DNA of 64,000 nucleotides from Actinomycetota bacterium. GTDB lineage: Bacteria; Actinomycetota; UBA4738; HRBIN12. Of the stretch, positions 46,633-55,901 are shown in pieces. The stretch spans positions 902,913 to 966,912 of the forward strand of contig BPGL01000001.1 in assembly GCA_026003015.1 (NCBI GenBank), written 5' to 3'. Both the position numbers and the translations under genes were made by a program. Within the stretch, counting starts at the first letter, position 1. Each line of letters opens with the position of its first letter. Below the pieces are notes generated by a model. The model had not been told where the DNA came from. It did not search any database and saw only the letters and a program-made list of their open reading frames with translations.

Positions 46633-47870
46633 CTGAGGTCGCGCCGCCCGGGCTCCGACGCGTTCACCAGGCAGGCGACGTTGCCCTCGGGCAGCTTGCC
46701 GTCGCCCATGAGCTGGTGGGCGAGCGGGATCTCCTCGTAGCGGTAGGTGTGTCCGAGCGTCGTGCGGATGCGTCCCTCACGGACGAGGTCGTTGAAGGCG
46801 TAGGCCTGTTCGTCGTTCATGAGATGCGAGCCCTGGTAGCGCTTCTGCATGTACCAGAGGTACCGAACGTCGACCATCGTGTCGTACCCGCTCGTGCCCG
46901 CGCAGATCACGACCATGCCACCGCGGTCACACACGAAGATCGACGTGGGGATCGTGTCCTGACCGGGGTGCTCGAACACGATCCTGGGGCTCGTCTTCTC
47001 TCCGAGCGCATCCCAGACCGCCTTGCCGAACGCCTTCGCGCCGTCGAGCCACCCCTTCCAGTCGGGCGAGTCCCAGGCCGGGGGGACGCCCCAGTGGTCG
47101 AAGGCCCTGCGGTTCACGTACCCGACCGCGCCGAGCGACTTCGCGTACTCCCCCTTCTCGTCGCTCGACACCACGGCCACGGGCCGCCCGCCCGCGTCGG
47201 CCACGAGCTGTGTCGCCAGCGATCCGAGGCCACCGGCGCCTCCCCACACGAGGACGACGTCGCCCGGCTCCACGGTGTGCGGGGGCCAGCCGAACAGCAT
47301 CCGGTAGGCGGTCCCGCCGGTGAGGGTGGGGGCGGCCGCCTCCTCCCACGTGAGGTGCTCGGCCTTCGGCATGCACTGGTGGTCCTGGACCTTCGTGAAC
47401 TGCGCCATCGAGCCCCAACACGTGTCGTATCCCCACACGCGGAAGCTCGCGGCAAGCCCCGGGTCCTTGCCGGCCAACACCCAGGGATCGTCGGGGTTCC
47501 ACTGGCCCGGGTGCACGACGACGTGGTCCCCCACGGCGACGTTCGTGACCTCGGAGCCCACCGCCCACACGACGCCGGAGGCGTCCGAGCCGACGATGTG
47601 GAAGTCGGTCGGCTCACCCCAGCGGGCTTGGGTCTTCGTCACGTCCACCGGAACCCCGCGCGCGGCCCAGACGTTGTTGAAGTTCACCCCGGCCGCCATC
47701 ACGGCGACGAGGACGTCGCGGGGCCCAAGGTCGGGGACGTCGATCACCTCGTCGCGGATCGCGTCCTTCGGGTCGCCGTAGCGGTCCGGCCGCACGACCA
47801 TCGCGTGCATCCGAGCCGGCACCTCGCCGAGCGGCGGCAGCTCTCCGACCTCGTACAGGTCCTTGCCCAT
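46629..47870 (-). CDS. ccr: Crotonyl-CoA carboxylase/reductase
   Basis: MGKDLYEVGELPPLGEVPARMHAMVVRPDRYGDP ... WGYDTCWGSMAQFTKVQDHQCMPKAEHLTWEEAAAPTLTGGTAYRML matches Ccr (MDR superfamily) along its full length. My recollection of Streptomyces Ccr aligns position by position. Confidence 0.85.
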   Translation of the reverse strand: MGKDLYEVGELPPLGEVPARMHAMVVRPDRYGDPKDAIRDEVIDVPDLGPRDVLVAVMAAGVNFNNVWAARGVPVDVTKTQARWGEPTDFHIVGSDASGVVWAVGSEVTNVAVGDHVVVHPGQWNPDDPWVLAGKDPGLAASFRVWGYDTCWGSMAQFTKVQDHQCMPKAEHLTWEEAAAPTLTGGTAYRMLFGWPPHTVEPGDVVLVWGGAGGLGSLATQLVADAGGRPVAVVSSDEKGEYAKSLGAVGYVNRRAFDHWGVPPAWDSPDWKGWLDGAKAFGKAVWDALGEKTSPRIVFEHPGQDTIPTSIFVCDRGGMVVICAGTSGYDTMVDVRYLWYMQKRYQGSHLMNDEQAYAFNDLVREGRIRTTLGHTYRYEEIPLAHQLMGDGKLPEGNVACLVNASEPGRRDLS

Positions 47871-47918
47871 GGTCTCACCCTTCCGATGCGCGTCGATCCA
47901 CCTGAGCGTGGGCGAACC

Positions 47919-48608
47919 CTAGCGGGGCCGACGCGCGGGCGACAAAGGCCCTCGGCTCGCCGCCGCTCGATCGACCACGAGGATCTGGTTCGGGGTCGCG
48001 ACCCGCGCTGCCGGCAGGCGCGGGTCCCCTGCGAGCAGGCCGGCCACGGCCTCGGCCTTGTCGCCCCCCACTGCGAGCCACACGACGAGCCTCGCTCGAC
48101 CGAGAGCGGCAGCGGTGAGGGTCACCCTGCGATGCCCTCGGTAGACGCCGGTCGGGACGACCGCCCTATCCCTCACGTCCAACACCGGATCATCGGGGAA
48201 GAGCGAGGCCGTGTGCCCGTCACCTCCGATCCCCAGGTGGACCACGTCGAGGTGAAACGGGAGCTCGGCAGCGTACCGGGCGGCAGCAGCCTCCAGATCG
48301 GGGTCGTCGACCGGCATTGGGCGGAGACGGTCGGCGCCCGGACCCAGGTGGGTCCGCAGGACCGTCGCCGTTCGGGCCGGATGCCACGCGGGCACGACCC
48401 GCTCGTCCACCTGGAACACGTCGGTGCGCGCCCACGGGATCGGTGCGACGGCCAGCCGCTCGCAGAGCGCTGCGGCGAGGTGTCCGCCGGACAGGGCGAG
48501 CGAGGCCCTGCCTCGGCGAGCGGCTCGCTCGAGCGCGTCGGCCAGCCGCGCCGCCGCCTCGCTCACCGCGCCGACGACGTCGTCGGCGACGACGAGCCGG
48601 CGGTTCAT
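47919..48608 (-). CDS. pgl: 6-phosphogluconolactonase
   Basis: About 230 aa from the ATG at 48608 (MNRRLVVADD...). Contains the ALSGGH and HLGIGGDGHTASLFP motifs of the 6PGL/NagB family. Confidence 0.75.
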   Translation of the reverse strand: MNRRLVVADDVVGAVSEAAARLADALERAARRGRASLALSGGHLAAALCERLAVAPIPWARTDVFQVDERVVPAWHPARTATVLRTHLGPGADRLRPMPVDDPDLEAAAARYAAELPFHLDVVHLGIGGDGHTASLFPDDPVLDVRDRAVVPTGVYRGHRRVTLTAAALGRARLVVWLAVGGDKAEAVAGLLAGDPRLPAARVATPNQILVVDRAAASRGPLSPARRPR

Positions 48609-48613
48609 CCTCG

Positions 48614-49648
48614 TCAACCGGCAACCGAAGGGTGACCGCCGAAGCCGTGCCGCATCGCGCTCAGGATCCGCGCGGCGTACGCGCCCCGGCCGCGTGACGC
48701 GAAGCGGGCGAACAGCGCGGCGGCGATGACGTCGGCGGGCACGCCCTCCTCGATCGCGGCGATCACGGTCCATCGCCCCTCGCCGGAATCGACCACCCGT
48801 TCCGCGTAGCCGGCGAGCTCGGGATCGGCCAGCAGCGCGGCGGCGGTGAGATCCAGCAGCCAGCCCGACACGACGCTGCCGCGTCGCCACAGCTCCGCGA
48901 TCGCGGACAGGTCGAACCGGTAGCCGTAGCGCTCCGGGTACTCGGGGCCGACGGTGTCGTCGCGATCCACCCCGTCCTCACGGCCCAGCGCTGCATGGCG
49001 CAGGATCGACAGGCCTTCGGCGTAGGCGGCCATGAGCGCGTACTCGATGCCGTTGTGGACCATCTTCACGAAGTGGCCGGCCCCGACCGGGCCACAGTGG
49101 AGGAACCCGTGTTCCTCGGGCGCCGGGGCGCCGCTGCGCCCCGGCGTCCGCGGGGCGGCGTCGAGGCCGGGGGCGAGCGTGCGCAGGAGCGGCTCGATCC
49201 GCCGGACGTCCAGCTCGGAACCCCCAACCATCAGACAGAACCCTCGATCCCGCCCCCACACGCCTCCCGAGACGCCGACGTCGACGTACCCGATCCCCCG
49301 ACCGGCGAGGGCAGCCGCACGACGTTGGTCGTCGGCATGGAAGGTGTTGCCGCCGTCGACGACCAGGTCGCCCGCGACGAGCAACGGAGCGAGCCGGGCC
49401 AGAGCCTCCTCCGTGGCCGCACCGGCCGGAACCATCAGCCACACGACCCGCGGCGGGACGAGCTCCTCGACGAGCTCTTCGGTCGTCGCGACGCCGCGCG
49501 CGCCGACCTCGGCCGCACGTGCGACGGCCTCGGGGTCGAGGTCCGTCGCCACGACCTCGTGGCCGTCGCGCGTCAGTCGTGCCACCAGGCCCGACCCCAT
49601 CCGGCCGAGCCCCACCATCCCGATCCGCATCGGTCGTTCGGTCGCCAT
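48614..49648 (-). CDS. gnd: 6-phosphogluconate dehydrogenase, decarboxylating (short Gnd-like form)
   Basis: MRIGMVGLGRMGSGLVARL Rossmann motif and a C-terminal 6PGD domain (GAGHFVKMVHNGIEYALMAAYAEG). Confidence 0.85.
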   Translation of the reverse strand: MATERPMRIGMVGLGRMGSGLVARLTRDGHEVVATDLDPEAVARAAEVGARGVATTEELVEELVPPRVVWLMVPAGAATEEALARLAPLLVAGDLVVDGGNTFHADDQRRAAALAGRGIGYVDVGVSGGVWGRDRGFCLMVGGSELDVRRIEPLLRTLAPGLDAAPRTPGRSGAPAPEEHGFLHCGPVGAGHFVKMVHNGIEYALMAAYAEGLSILRHAALGREDGVDRDDTVGPEYPERYGYRFDLSAIAELWRRGSVVSGWLLDLTAAALLADPELAGYAERVVDSGEGRWTVIAAIEEGVPADVIAAALFARFASRGRGAYAARILSAMRHGFGGHPSVAG

Positions 49649-49744
49649 CCCGACCTCCGGCTCGGCGTCTTCTCACGCTACCAGGCGTCCGACGGCCGGT
49701 CCCGGCCGTCGCCACCCTTTGCCCCGACGTTCTAGGGTGGAACG

Positions 49745-51157
49745 GTGAGCCGTGCGCCGGAGGGGGTGGCCGACGCGCTCGTCGTGTTCGGCGCTACCGG
49801 AGACCTCGCCCGCAGGATGACGTTTCCCGCCCTGTACCGGCTCGCACATCGCGGCGAGCTGTACTGCCGGGTGGTCGGGGTCGGCCGGAGCGTGTGGAGC
49901 GACGAGCAGCTGCGACAGCACGCAGCCGCCGCGGTGGCCGACGCGGTCGCGGACGTCGATCGAGGGGCCTTGGACGACCTCGTGTCCCGGCTCAGCTACG
50001 TCGCCGGCGACGCCGACGAGCCCCGCGCGTACCAGGCCCTCCGCGCGGCGCTCACCGATGCACGGATCGTCGTCTACTACCTCGCACTTCCTCCCTCGCT
50101 GTTCGCCCCCACGGTGGCCCGGCTCGCCGAGCACGGCCTGACCGAGAGGGCACGGGTGGTGGTGGAGAAGCCCTTTGGGAGCGACCTCGCGTCGGCCCGT
50201 GCGCTCGAGGGCGCACTTCACGCGGTCCTGGACGAGGAGCAGATCTTCCGGATCGACCACTTCCTCGGAAAGGAGCCCGTCCAAGACATCCTCTACCTTC
50301 GGTTCGCGAACGAGATCTTCGAGCCGATCTGGAACCGCCACCACGTGGAGAGCGTCCAGATCAACCTCTTCGAGGCGTACGGCGTCGAAGGCCGTGGCGC
50401 GTTCTACGACCGAGTCGGCGCACTGCGCGACGTCGTGCAGAACCACCTGCTCCAGGTGCTCGCGCTCGTCGCGATGGAGCCACCCTCCTCCGGCCCCGGG
50501 GCCGTCGCCGATCGCCGATGCGACGTGTTCCGCGCGATGCCGGCCGCAGATCCTCGCCACTACGTCCGCGGCCAGTACCGCGGCTACCGGGAGGTCCCCG
50601 GCGTCACCCGCGGCTCGAGGACCGAGACGTTCGCGGCGCTCCGGCTCGCCGTCCACAACTGGCGCTGGAACGGCGTGCCGTTCCTGGTCCGCGCCGGCAA
50701 GGCCCTCGCCACGACGGCCACCGAGGTACGGGTGCGGTTCCGTACACCGCCGCCGCTGTGGTGGGTCGCGGATGGCCCCGCCGAGGTCCCGCGGCACAAC
50801 CACCTCACGATCCGGATCGGGCGCGACGCCGGGGCCAGCATGGGCGTGGTGGTGAAGCGCCCGGGCGCGACCGCGAGCGAGCGGGTCCACCTCGACCTGT
50901 CGTTCGAGCGGCAACTGGGTGAGCTTCCCCAGCCCTACGAGCGGCTGCTGCGCGACGCCATGTGGGGGCGCCACGACCTGTTCCCCCGCGCCGACGTCGT
51001 CGCCGAGACGTGGAGGATCGTGCAGCCGCTCCTTGACGATCCCCCGGCGACGATCGGCTACGAGCCCGGGTCGGACGGACCGCCGGAGGCCGATCGCCTC
51101 GCGGCGCCTCACGGCGGCTGGCGTCGCCCGGGGGCGGAGACGCCCGCCACCGCCTGA
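49745..51157 (+). CDS. zwf: Glucose-6-phosphate 1-dehydrogenase
   Basis: LVVFGATGDLARRMTFPALY, RIDHFLGKEPVQDILYLRFAN and EKPFGSDL G6PD signatures. Confidence 0.9.
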   Translation: MSRAPEGVADALVVFGATGDLARRMTFPALYRLAHRGELYCRVVGVGRSVWSDEQLRQHAAAAVADAVADVDRGALDDLVSRLSYVAGDADEPRAYQALRAALTDARIVVYYLALPPSLFAPTVARLAEHGLTERARVVVEKPFGSDLASARALEGALHAVLDEEQIFRIDHFLGKEPVQDILYLRFANEIFEPIWNRHHVESVQINLFEAYGVEGRGAFYDRVGALRDVVQNHLLQVLALVAMEPPSSGPGAVADRRCDVFRAMPAADPRHYVRGQYRGYREVPGVTRGSRTETFAALRLAVHNWRWNGVPFLVRAGKALATTATEVRVRFRTPPPLWWVADGPAEVPRHNHLTIRIGRDAGASMGVVVKRPGATASERVHLDLSFERQLGELPQPYERLLRDAMWGRHDLFPRADVVAETWRIVQPLLDDPPATIGYEPGSDGPPEADRLAAPHGGWRRPGAETPATA

Positions 51158-51161
51158 GCCG

Positions 51162-52112
51162 TCACGGAGCCCGCCCCAACACCGGCCCCGGCACAGCCTC
51201 CGGGTCGGCCGCGGGGCAGACCTCGACCCGCGGGCACCAGGCGCACCAAGGCCCCGGGGCCAGCACGGGGGTGCCACCCGCCGCGAGATGCGCCGCGTCG
51301 CGCGCCGCGGCGACCAGGCGTTCGGCCGCGTGCTGGAGCACGCGTTCGTCGACGTCTTCGGCCTGCCACGTCCCTGCCTCGAGGTAGAAGGTGGCCACCC
51401 GGTAGGGAGGCACGCCGAAGCGGAGCGCGAGGAGCAGGGCGTACACGCGGAGGTCCGCCGCGTGCTCGGGCCGGGCGGCGCCCGTCTTCAGATCGAGGGC
51501 GAGTCGGGTCGCGCGCAGCGGGGCATCCGCGTCGGGCAGCCCGAGCACGAGGTCGATCTGCCCGGAGAGCACGAGCCTTGCGTCGAGGAACTCCGCACGC
51601 AAACGCAGCTCGGGGATCGGCGCGAGCGCGCTCCGGAGCTCGCGCAGCGGCGGGAACGACGCTCGGAACAGCGTCAGGCGTCGCGCGGCCTCGGCGAGGG
51701 CTTCCTCCTGCCCCCGTTCGCCGAGCGCGGCCCAGTGCACCGCGAAGGGGTCCTCCCGATCGACGAGCCGCCGGGCGGCGATCGAGGCGACCTCGAAGGG
51801 ATCGAGGGGCGACCGAGCGGTCATGTCGACCTCGACGGCGCGGTGCGCGAGCACCCCGGCCGCCGTCGTCGGCGTGTGGGCGAAGCGAGCGTGCTCCCCC
51901 GCGAGCTGCGCTTGGAACAGGCCCCCGCATCGCCCGTGCGCCCGAAGCCGCTCCTTCGTGAGCCAGACCGCCTCGCGTAGCTCGAGGTCGGCCAGCGCGC
52001 GCTCGATCCGGTCGCGCAGACGCCGAACGAGGTCGGCGGCGACGACGGGGCGCTCCTGCGTCCCGATCAGCTGCTCGACGGTTCGTCGCTGAGGCTCGGT
52101 GAGCTCGGCCAC
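51162..52112 (-). CDS. PD-(D/E)XK nuclease family protein with a Cas4/AddB-type four-cysteine cluster (RecB-family exonuclease)
   Basis: N-terminal Cys (HGRCGG) and a C-terminal CAWCPRVEVC cluster typical of Fe-S-containing Cas4-like nucleases. The central region has D/E...K-like motifs. Confidence 0.65.
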   Translation of the reverse strand: MAELTEPQRRTVEQLIGTQERPVVAADLVRRLRDRIERALADLELREAVWLTKERLRAHGRCGGLFQAQLAGEHARFAHTPTTAAGVLAHRAVEVDMTARSPLDPFEVASIAARRLVDREDPFAVHWAALGERGQEEALAEAARRLTLFRASFPPLRELRSALAPIPELRLRAEFLDARLVLSGQIDLVLGLPDADAPLRATRLALDLKTGAARPEHAADLRVYALLLALRFGVPPYRVATFYLEAGTWQAEDVDERVLQHAAERLVAAARDAAHLAAGGTPVLAPGPWCAWCPRVEVCPAADPEAVPGPVLGRAP

Positions 52113-52165
52113 GCCGCGATCCTAGGCGCCTGCACCGACGCGGCGCCGCTGGTAGGGTTCGGCCG

Positions 52166-52615
52166 ATGCGCGTGCGGCGAGCCCTCGCCGCGGCCGCGAT
52201 CGCGGCGCTCGCCTTCCCGACCTTCCCCCCGTCGATCGCGCCCGCCACCGAGCTGCCGGGCCCCTGCCCGCTGGAGCCCCGGGCCGGCGAGACCGTGCAG
52301 CACTTCGCCCGCCGCCTGATCCGCTGCGCCGTGGAGCGCTGGCCGGTCCCCGGCGGCGCGGAGCGCGCGATCTGCATCGCCAGGCGCGAGAGCGGCCTCG
52401 ACCCGAGCGCCATCTCGCCGACCGGCGACTACCGGGGGCTCTTCCAGCACGCCCGGGAGTCCTGGCCCACCCGCTACGAAACGTTCACCCGAGAGGCCTG
52501 GGAGCTGCCCGAGCCCGCGCGCAACGGGCGGACGAACGCGATCGTGACGGTGCGCATGGTCCGCCGCTACGGGGGGTGGGGCCCGGCCGGCTGGCCCGCC
52601 AAGGACTGCCGGTAG
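52166..52615 (+). CDS. Secreted transglycosylase-like (SLT/Rpf-like) domain protein
   Basis: A signal peptide, and an ARRESGLDPSAISPTGDYRGLFQ motif resembling the catalytic Glu region of lytic transglycosylases. Confidence 0.55.
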   Translation: MRVRRALAAAAIAALAFPTFPPSIAPATELPGPCPLEPRAGETVQHFARRLIRCAVERWPVPGGAERAICIARRESGLDPSAISPTGDYRGLFQHARESWPTRYETFTREAWELPEPARNGRTNAIVTVRMVRRYGGWGPAGWPAKDCR

Positions 52616-52655
52616 GCGTCGCGAGACCCCGGGCACCCTGGGTAGACTCCGCCCC

Positions 52656-54236
52656 ATGCCCGAGGACGAGCCAGCCGAGCCGGACCGCAGCGTCGAGGAT
52701 CGCATCGAGGAGCTTCGGCGCCGCCGCGAGGAGGTCCTTGCGCCCGGCGGCCGAGAGGCGGCGGCCAAACAGCACGAGAAGGGCAAGCTCACCGCCCGCG
52801 AACGCCTCGAGATCCTGATGACAAGGGATCGTTCGTCGAGACCGACCCGTTCGCCGTCCACCGGGCGCACGACTTCGGGATGGACCGTCGCCGGCCGCCG
52901 GGCGACGGCGTCGTCACCGGGTTCGGCTCGATCGACGGGCGCAAGGTCTTCGTTCGCCAGTCAGGACTTCACCGTCTTCGGCGGCTCGCTGGGCGAGGTG
53001 ATCGCCCAGAAGGTCTGCAAGGTGATGGACCTGGCCATGCAGAGCCGGTGCCCCGTTCATCCGGCTCAACGACTCGGGCGGCGCGCGCATCCAGGAGGGC
53101 GCGGCCTCGCTCGCCGGTTACGGGCACATCTTCGAGCGCAACGTTCGTGCCAGCGGCGTCATCCCGCAGATCAGCGTGATCATGGGGCCGTGCGCGGGCG
53201 GGGCCGTCTACTCGCCCGCGATCACCGACTTCACGTTCATGGTCAAGGAGACCTCCCACATGTTCATCACGGGCCCGGACGTGATCCGGACCGTCACCGG
53301 GGAGGAGGTCACCTTCGAGGAGCTCGGCGGCGCGATGACCCACGCGGCACGGTCGGGGGTCGCGGCCTTCGTCGGCGAGGACGACGAGGACACCTTGCAG
53401 CGCGTGCGCTACCTGCTGTCGTTCCTGCCGTCGAACAACCTCGAGGACCCTCCGGCCTACGCGCCGACCGACGATCCCGATCGGATGGACGAACGGCTCA
53501 CCCACGTGGTCCCGGACCGACCGCAGGAGCCCTACGACATGCACGAGGTGATCCGCGCGGTCGTCGACGACGGCGAGTTCCTCGAGGTCTTCCCGTTCTG
53601 GGCGATGAACATCGTCGTGGGCTTCGCGCGCCTGGACGGCCGAACGGTCGGGGTCGTGGCGAACCAGCCGAAGGTCCTCGCCGGGACGCTCGACATCGAT
53701 GCGAGCGAGAAGGCGTCTCGGTTCATCCGGTTCTGCGACGCGTTCAACGTGCCCCTGCTCACCTTCGTCGACGTTCCCGGGTTCCTGCCGGGCACGCAGC
53801 AGGAGTACGGCGGGATCATCCGCCACGGCGCGAAGCTCCTGTACGCCTTCGCCGAGGCGACCGTTCCTCGGATGACCGTGATCACGCGCAAGGCGTACGG
53901 AGGAGCCTACGTGGTCATGAACTCCAAGCACCTGCGCGCCGACGTCGCCTACGCCTGGCCGACCGCCGAGATCGCGGTGATGGGCGCCGAGGGCGCCGTC
54001 AACATCGTGTTCCGCAAGGAGATCGAGCGTGCGGCCGATCCGGAAGCCAAGCGCCAGCAGCTCATCCGGCAGTACCGGGAGAAGTTCTCCACCCCCTACG
54101 CCGCCGCCGAACGCGGGTTCATCGACGACGTGATCGAGCCTGCGGAGACACGACCGCGGCTCGTGCAGGCCCTGCGGATGCTCTCGACCAAGCGCGAGGC
54201 GCTGCCGCGCGCAAGCACGGCAACATCCCCCTGTGA
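52656..54236 (+). CDS. pccB: Acyl-CoA (propionyl-CoA) carboxylase carboxyltransferase beta subunit, disrupted by four single-nucleotide frameshifts (pseudogene or sequencing indels)
   Basis: The protein is recoverable only by switching frames 0->2->0->1->0, at about 52816, about 52957, about 53052 (an extra C in a cccc run) and about 54208. The reconstruction reads ...[71 protein letters not shown]...[28 protein letters not shown]...[15 protein letters not shown]...[16 protein letters not shown]. The KHGNIPL ending, remembered from mycobacterial AccD5, is only in frame 0. Confidence 0.8.
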   Translation: MPEDEPAEPDRSVEDRIEELRRRREEVLAPGGREAAAKQHEKGKLTARERLEILMTRDRSSRPTRSPSTGRTTSGWTVAGRRATASSPGSARSTGARSSFASQDFTVFGGSLGEVIAQKVCKVMDLAMQSRCPVHPAQRLGRRAHPGGRGLARRLRAHLRAQRSCQRRHPADQRDHGAVRGRGRLLARDHRLHVHGQGDLPHVHHGPGRDPDRHRGGGHLRGARRRDDPRGTVGGRGLRRRGRRGHLAARALPAVVPAVEQPRGPSGLRADRRSRSDGRTAHPRGPGPTAGALRHARGDPRGRRRRRVPRGLPVLGDEHRRGLRAPGRPNGRGRGEPAEGPRRDARHRCEREGVSVHPVLRRVQRAPAHLRRRSRVPAGHAAGVRRDHPPRREAPVRLRRGDRSSDDRDHAQGVRRSLRGHELQAPARRRRLRLADRRDRGDGRRGRRQHRVPQGDRACGRSGSQAPAAHPAVPGEVLHPLRRRRTRVHRRRDRACGDTTAARAGPADALDQARGAAARKHGNIPL

Positions 54237-54505
54237 GGCGGGCCACGGTGGGTGACGATCGACGCTTCGAGCTCCCCGAAGGCCTGAGCGGGGCCGAGGA
54301 GCGCGCGATCGTGATGGCGCTCGAGCGCTACTTCGCGGAGGAGAGCCCCAAACCGAACCCCTGGGTGCTGCAGGGGCGCGTCGACGCCCTCGGCGCGGGG
54401 CGCCTCCAGGTCCGCCGCTACGCGCGGCAGCCCTGGCACCAGATCCGGGCACCGTTCGCGCGCCGCGGCGTTCCGCCGCTCGCCGGCCGCGGCGACGTGC
54501 GGTGA
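54233..54505 (+). CDS. Probable acyl-CoA carboxylase epsilon subunit (small accessory subunit)
   Basis: A 90-aa ORF with a GTGA overlap on the frame-0 pccB stop, at the typical position for AccE/PccE. Sequence similarity is weak. Confidence 0.45.
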   Translation: MRRATVGDDRRFELPEGLSGAEERAIVMALERYFAEESPKPNPWVLQGRVDALGAGRLQVRRYARQPWHQIRAPFARRGVPPLAGRGDVR

Positions 54506-54789
54506 GCGCGACCGAGCCCGAGGACGCCCGGCGGGCGGCGCTCGCGGCGTTCGAGGCCGAGGGGTGCGGCGCCCCGCGGACCTGGCGGAACGGGCCGGGC
54601 GACCGCTACGCCCGCCACGCCCATCCCTACCACAAGGTGCTCTTCTGCCTGGAGGGATCGATCGTGTTCCACACCGACGGCGGCGATATCGCGCTCGAGC
54701 CCGGAGGCCGACTCGACCTCCCCGCGGGTACGCCGCACGCAGCGACCGTCGGGCCCGACGGGTGCGTGTGCATCGAGGCGTCGCGGTGA
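54502..54789 (+). CDS. Cupin-domain protein (95 aa)
   Basis: HAHPYHKVLFCLEGSIVFHTDGGDIALEPGGRLDLPAGTPHAATVGPDGCVC contains the two-His cupin motifs. 4-nt overlaps with both neighbours. Confidence 0.6.
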   Translation: MSATEPEDARRAALAAFEAEGCGAPRTWRNGPGDRYARHAHPYHKVLFCLEGSIVFHTDGGDIALEPGGRLDLPAGTPHAATVGPDGCVCIEASR

Positions 54790-55901
54790 AGGTCGCGTTC
54801 CAGGTCGACCAGCTGTGGTTCGCCGCACCCGGCGGGATCGGCACCTACGTCGCCGAGCTCGCCCAGGCCCTCACGGCGCTCGCAGACGGGCCGAAGGTCG
54901 TGGGGTTCCGCGCACGGATCGACGGGACCCCCCATCGTCCGCCGGGCGTGCCGGTGGTGGAGCTTGCCGCGACGATCGGCCGCCTCTACCCCGCATGGGC
55001 CCTGCTCGGCCGTCCGCACCTGCCCGCCCCCCTCGACGCCTGCGACGTCGTGCACGCCACGAACCACGCGTCGATCCCTCCGGTCCGGCGCGGGCAGGCG
55101 CTCGTGGCCACGGTCCACGACCTCGCCTTCGACCGGTTCCCGACGCTGTTCCCCCCGAGCTGGCGGTGGCTGTACCGGGCGGGGGTACGGGCTGCGATCG
55201 CGCGCGCGCACCGACTGCTCGTCCCCAGCCGCTCGACCGCGCGCGACCTCGCCGACCGCGGCGCGGACCCCACGCGGATCGCGGTCACCCCCCTGGCACC
55301 CGCGTTGCCGACGGCCACGGGGGACCCGGGTCCCGTCCTGGAACGCCTCAAGATCCCCCGCCCCTACGTCGTGTGCCCCGCGACGATCGAACCCCGCAAG
55401 AACCAGGCGATCCTCGTTCGCGCCTTCCGCCAGGCGGCGGCGGAGCTCCCCCACGCCCTCGTGCTCGCCGGCCCGGTCGGATGGCGCACGGGCTCGCTGG
55501 AGGCCGAGCTCGCCCGCGGCGGTCCCGGCACGATCGTGCGCACCGGCGGGCTCAGCGCCGAGGACCTCGACGCCGTCTACCGGGGCGCGGACGCCGTGGC
55601 GTACCCCTCGCGCTACGAGGGCTTCGGTCTCGTGATCGTCGAGGCGATGGCCCGGGGGGTTCCGGTCGTGACCTCCACCACCCCGGCGTGCTCGGAGGTC
55701 GCGGGGGACGCGGCGCTCCTCGTCGACCCCGACGACGTCGGTGGGCTCGCCGACGCGCTCGTGCGCGCGTGCACCGACGCCGGGTTGCGCGCCGAGCTCG
55801 TGCGGCGGGGGCGGCGGCGCGTCGAAGGGCTCTCGTGGGCGGCGACGGCGCACGCTACCCTCCGCGCGTACCGGCAGGCCCTCGCGGAGGTGCGCGGATG
55901 A
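54786..55901 (+). CDS. Family 4 glycosyltransferase (GT-B fold)
   Basis: The GTG at 54786 overlaps the cupin stop. EX7E region RYEGFGLVIVEAMARGVPVVTSTTPACSEV. Confidence 0.8.
   Translation: MKVAFQVDQLWFAAPGGIGTYVAELAQALTALADGPKVVGFRARIDGTPHRPPGVPVVELAATIGRLYPAWALLGRPHLPAPLDACDVVHATNHASIPPVRRGQALVATVHDLAFDRFPTLFPPSWRWLYRAGVRAAIARAHRLLVPSRSTARDLADRGADPTRIAVTPLAPALPTATGDPGPVLERLKIPRPYVVCPATIEPRKNQAILVRAFRQAAAELPHALVLAGPVGWRTGSLEAELARGGPGTIVRTGGLSAEDLDAVYRGADAVAYPSRYEGFGLVIVEAMARGVPVVTSTTPACSEVAGDAALLVDPDDVGGLADALVRACTDAGLRAELVRRGRRRVEGLSWAATAHATLRAYRQALAEVRG

Noticed and set aside
52113-52165. Possible ydaO/c-di-AMP riboswitch upstream of the transglycosylase-like gene
   Set aside because: The spacer is only about 53 nt, too short for the ~140-nt riboswitch. 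No conserved motif is recognisable.
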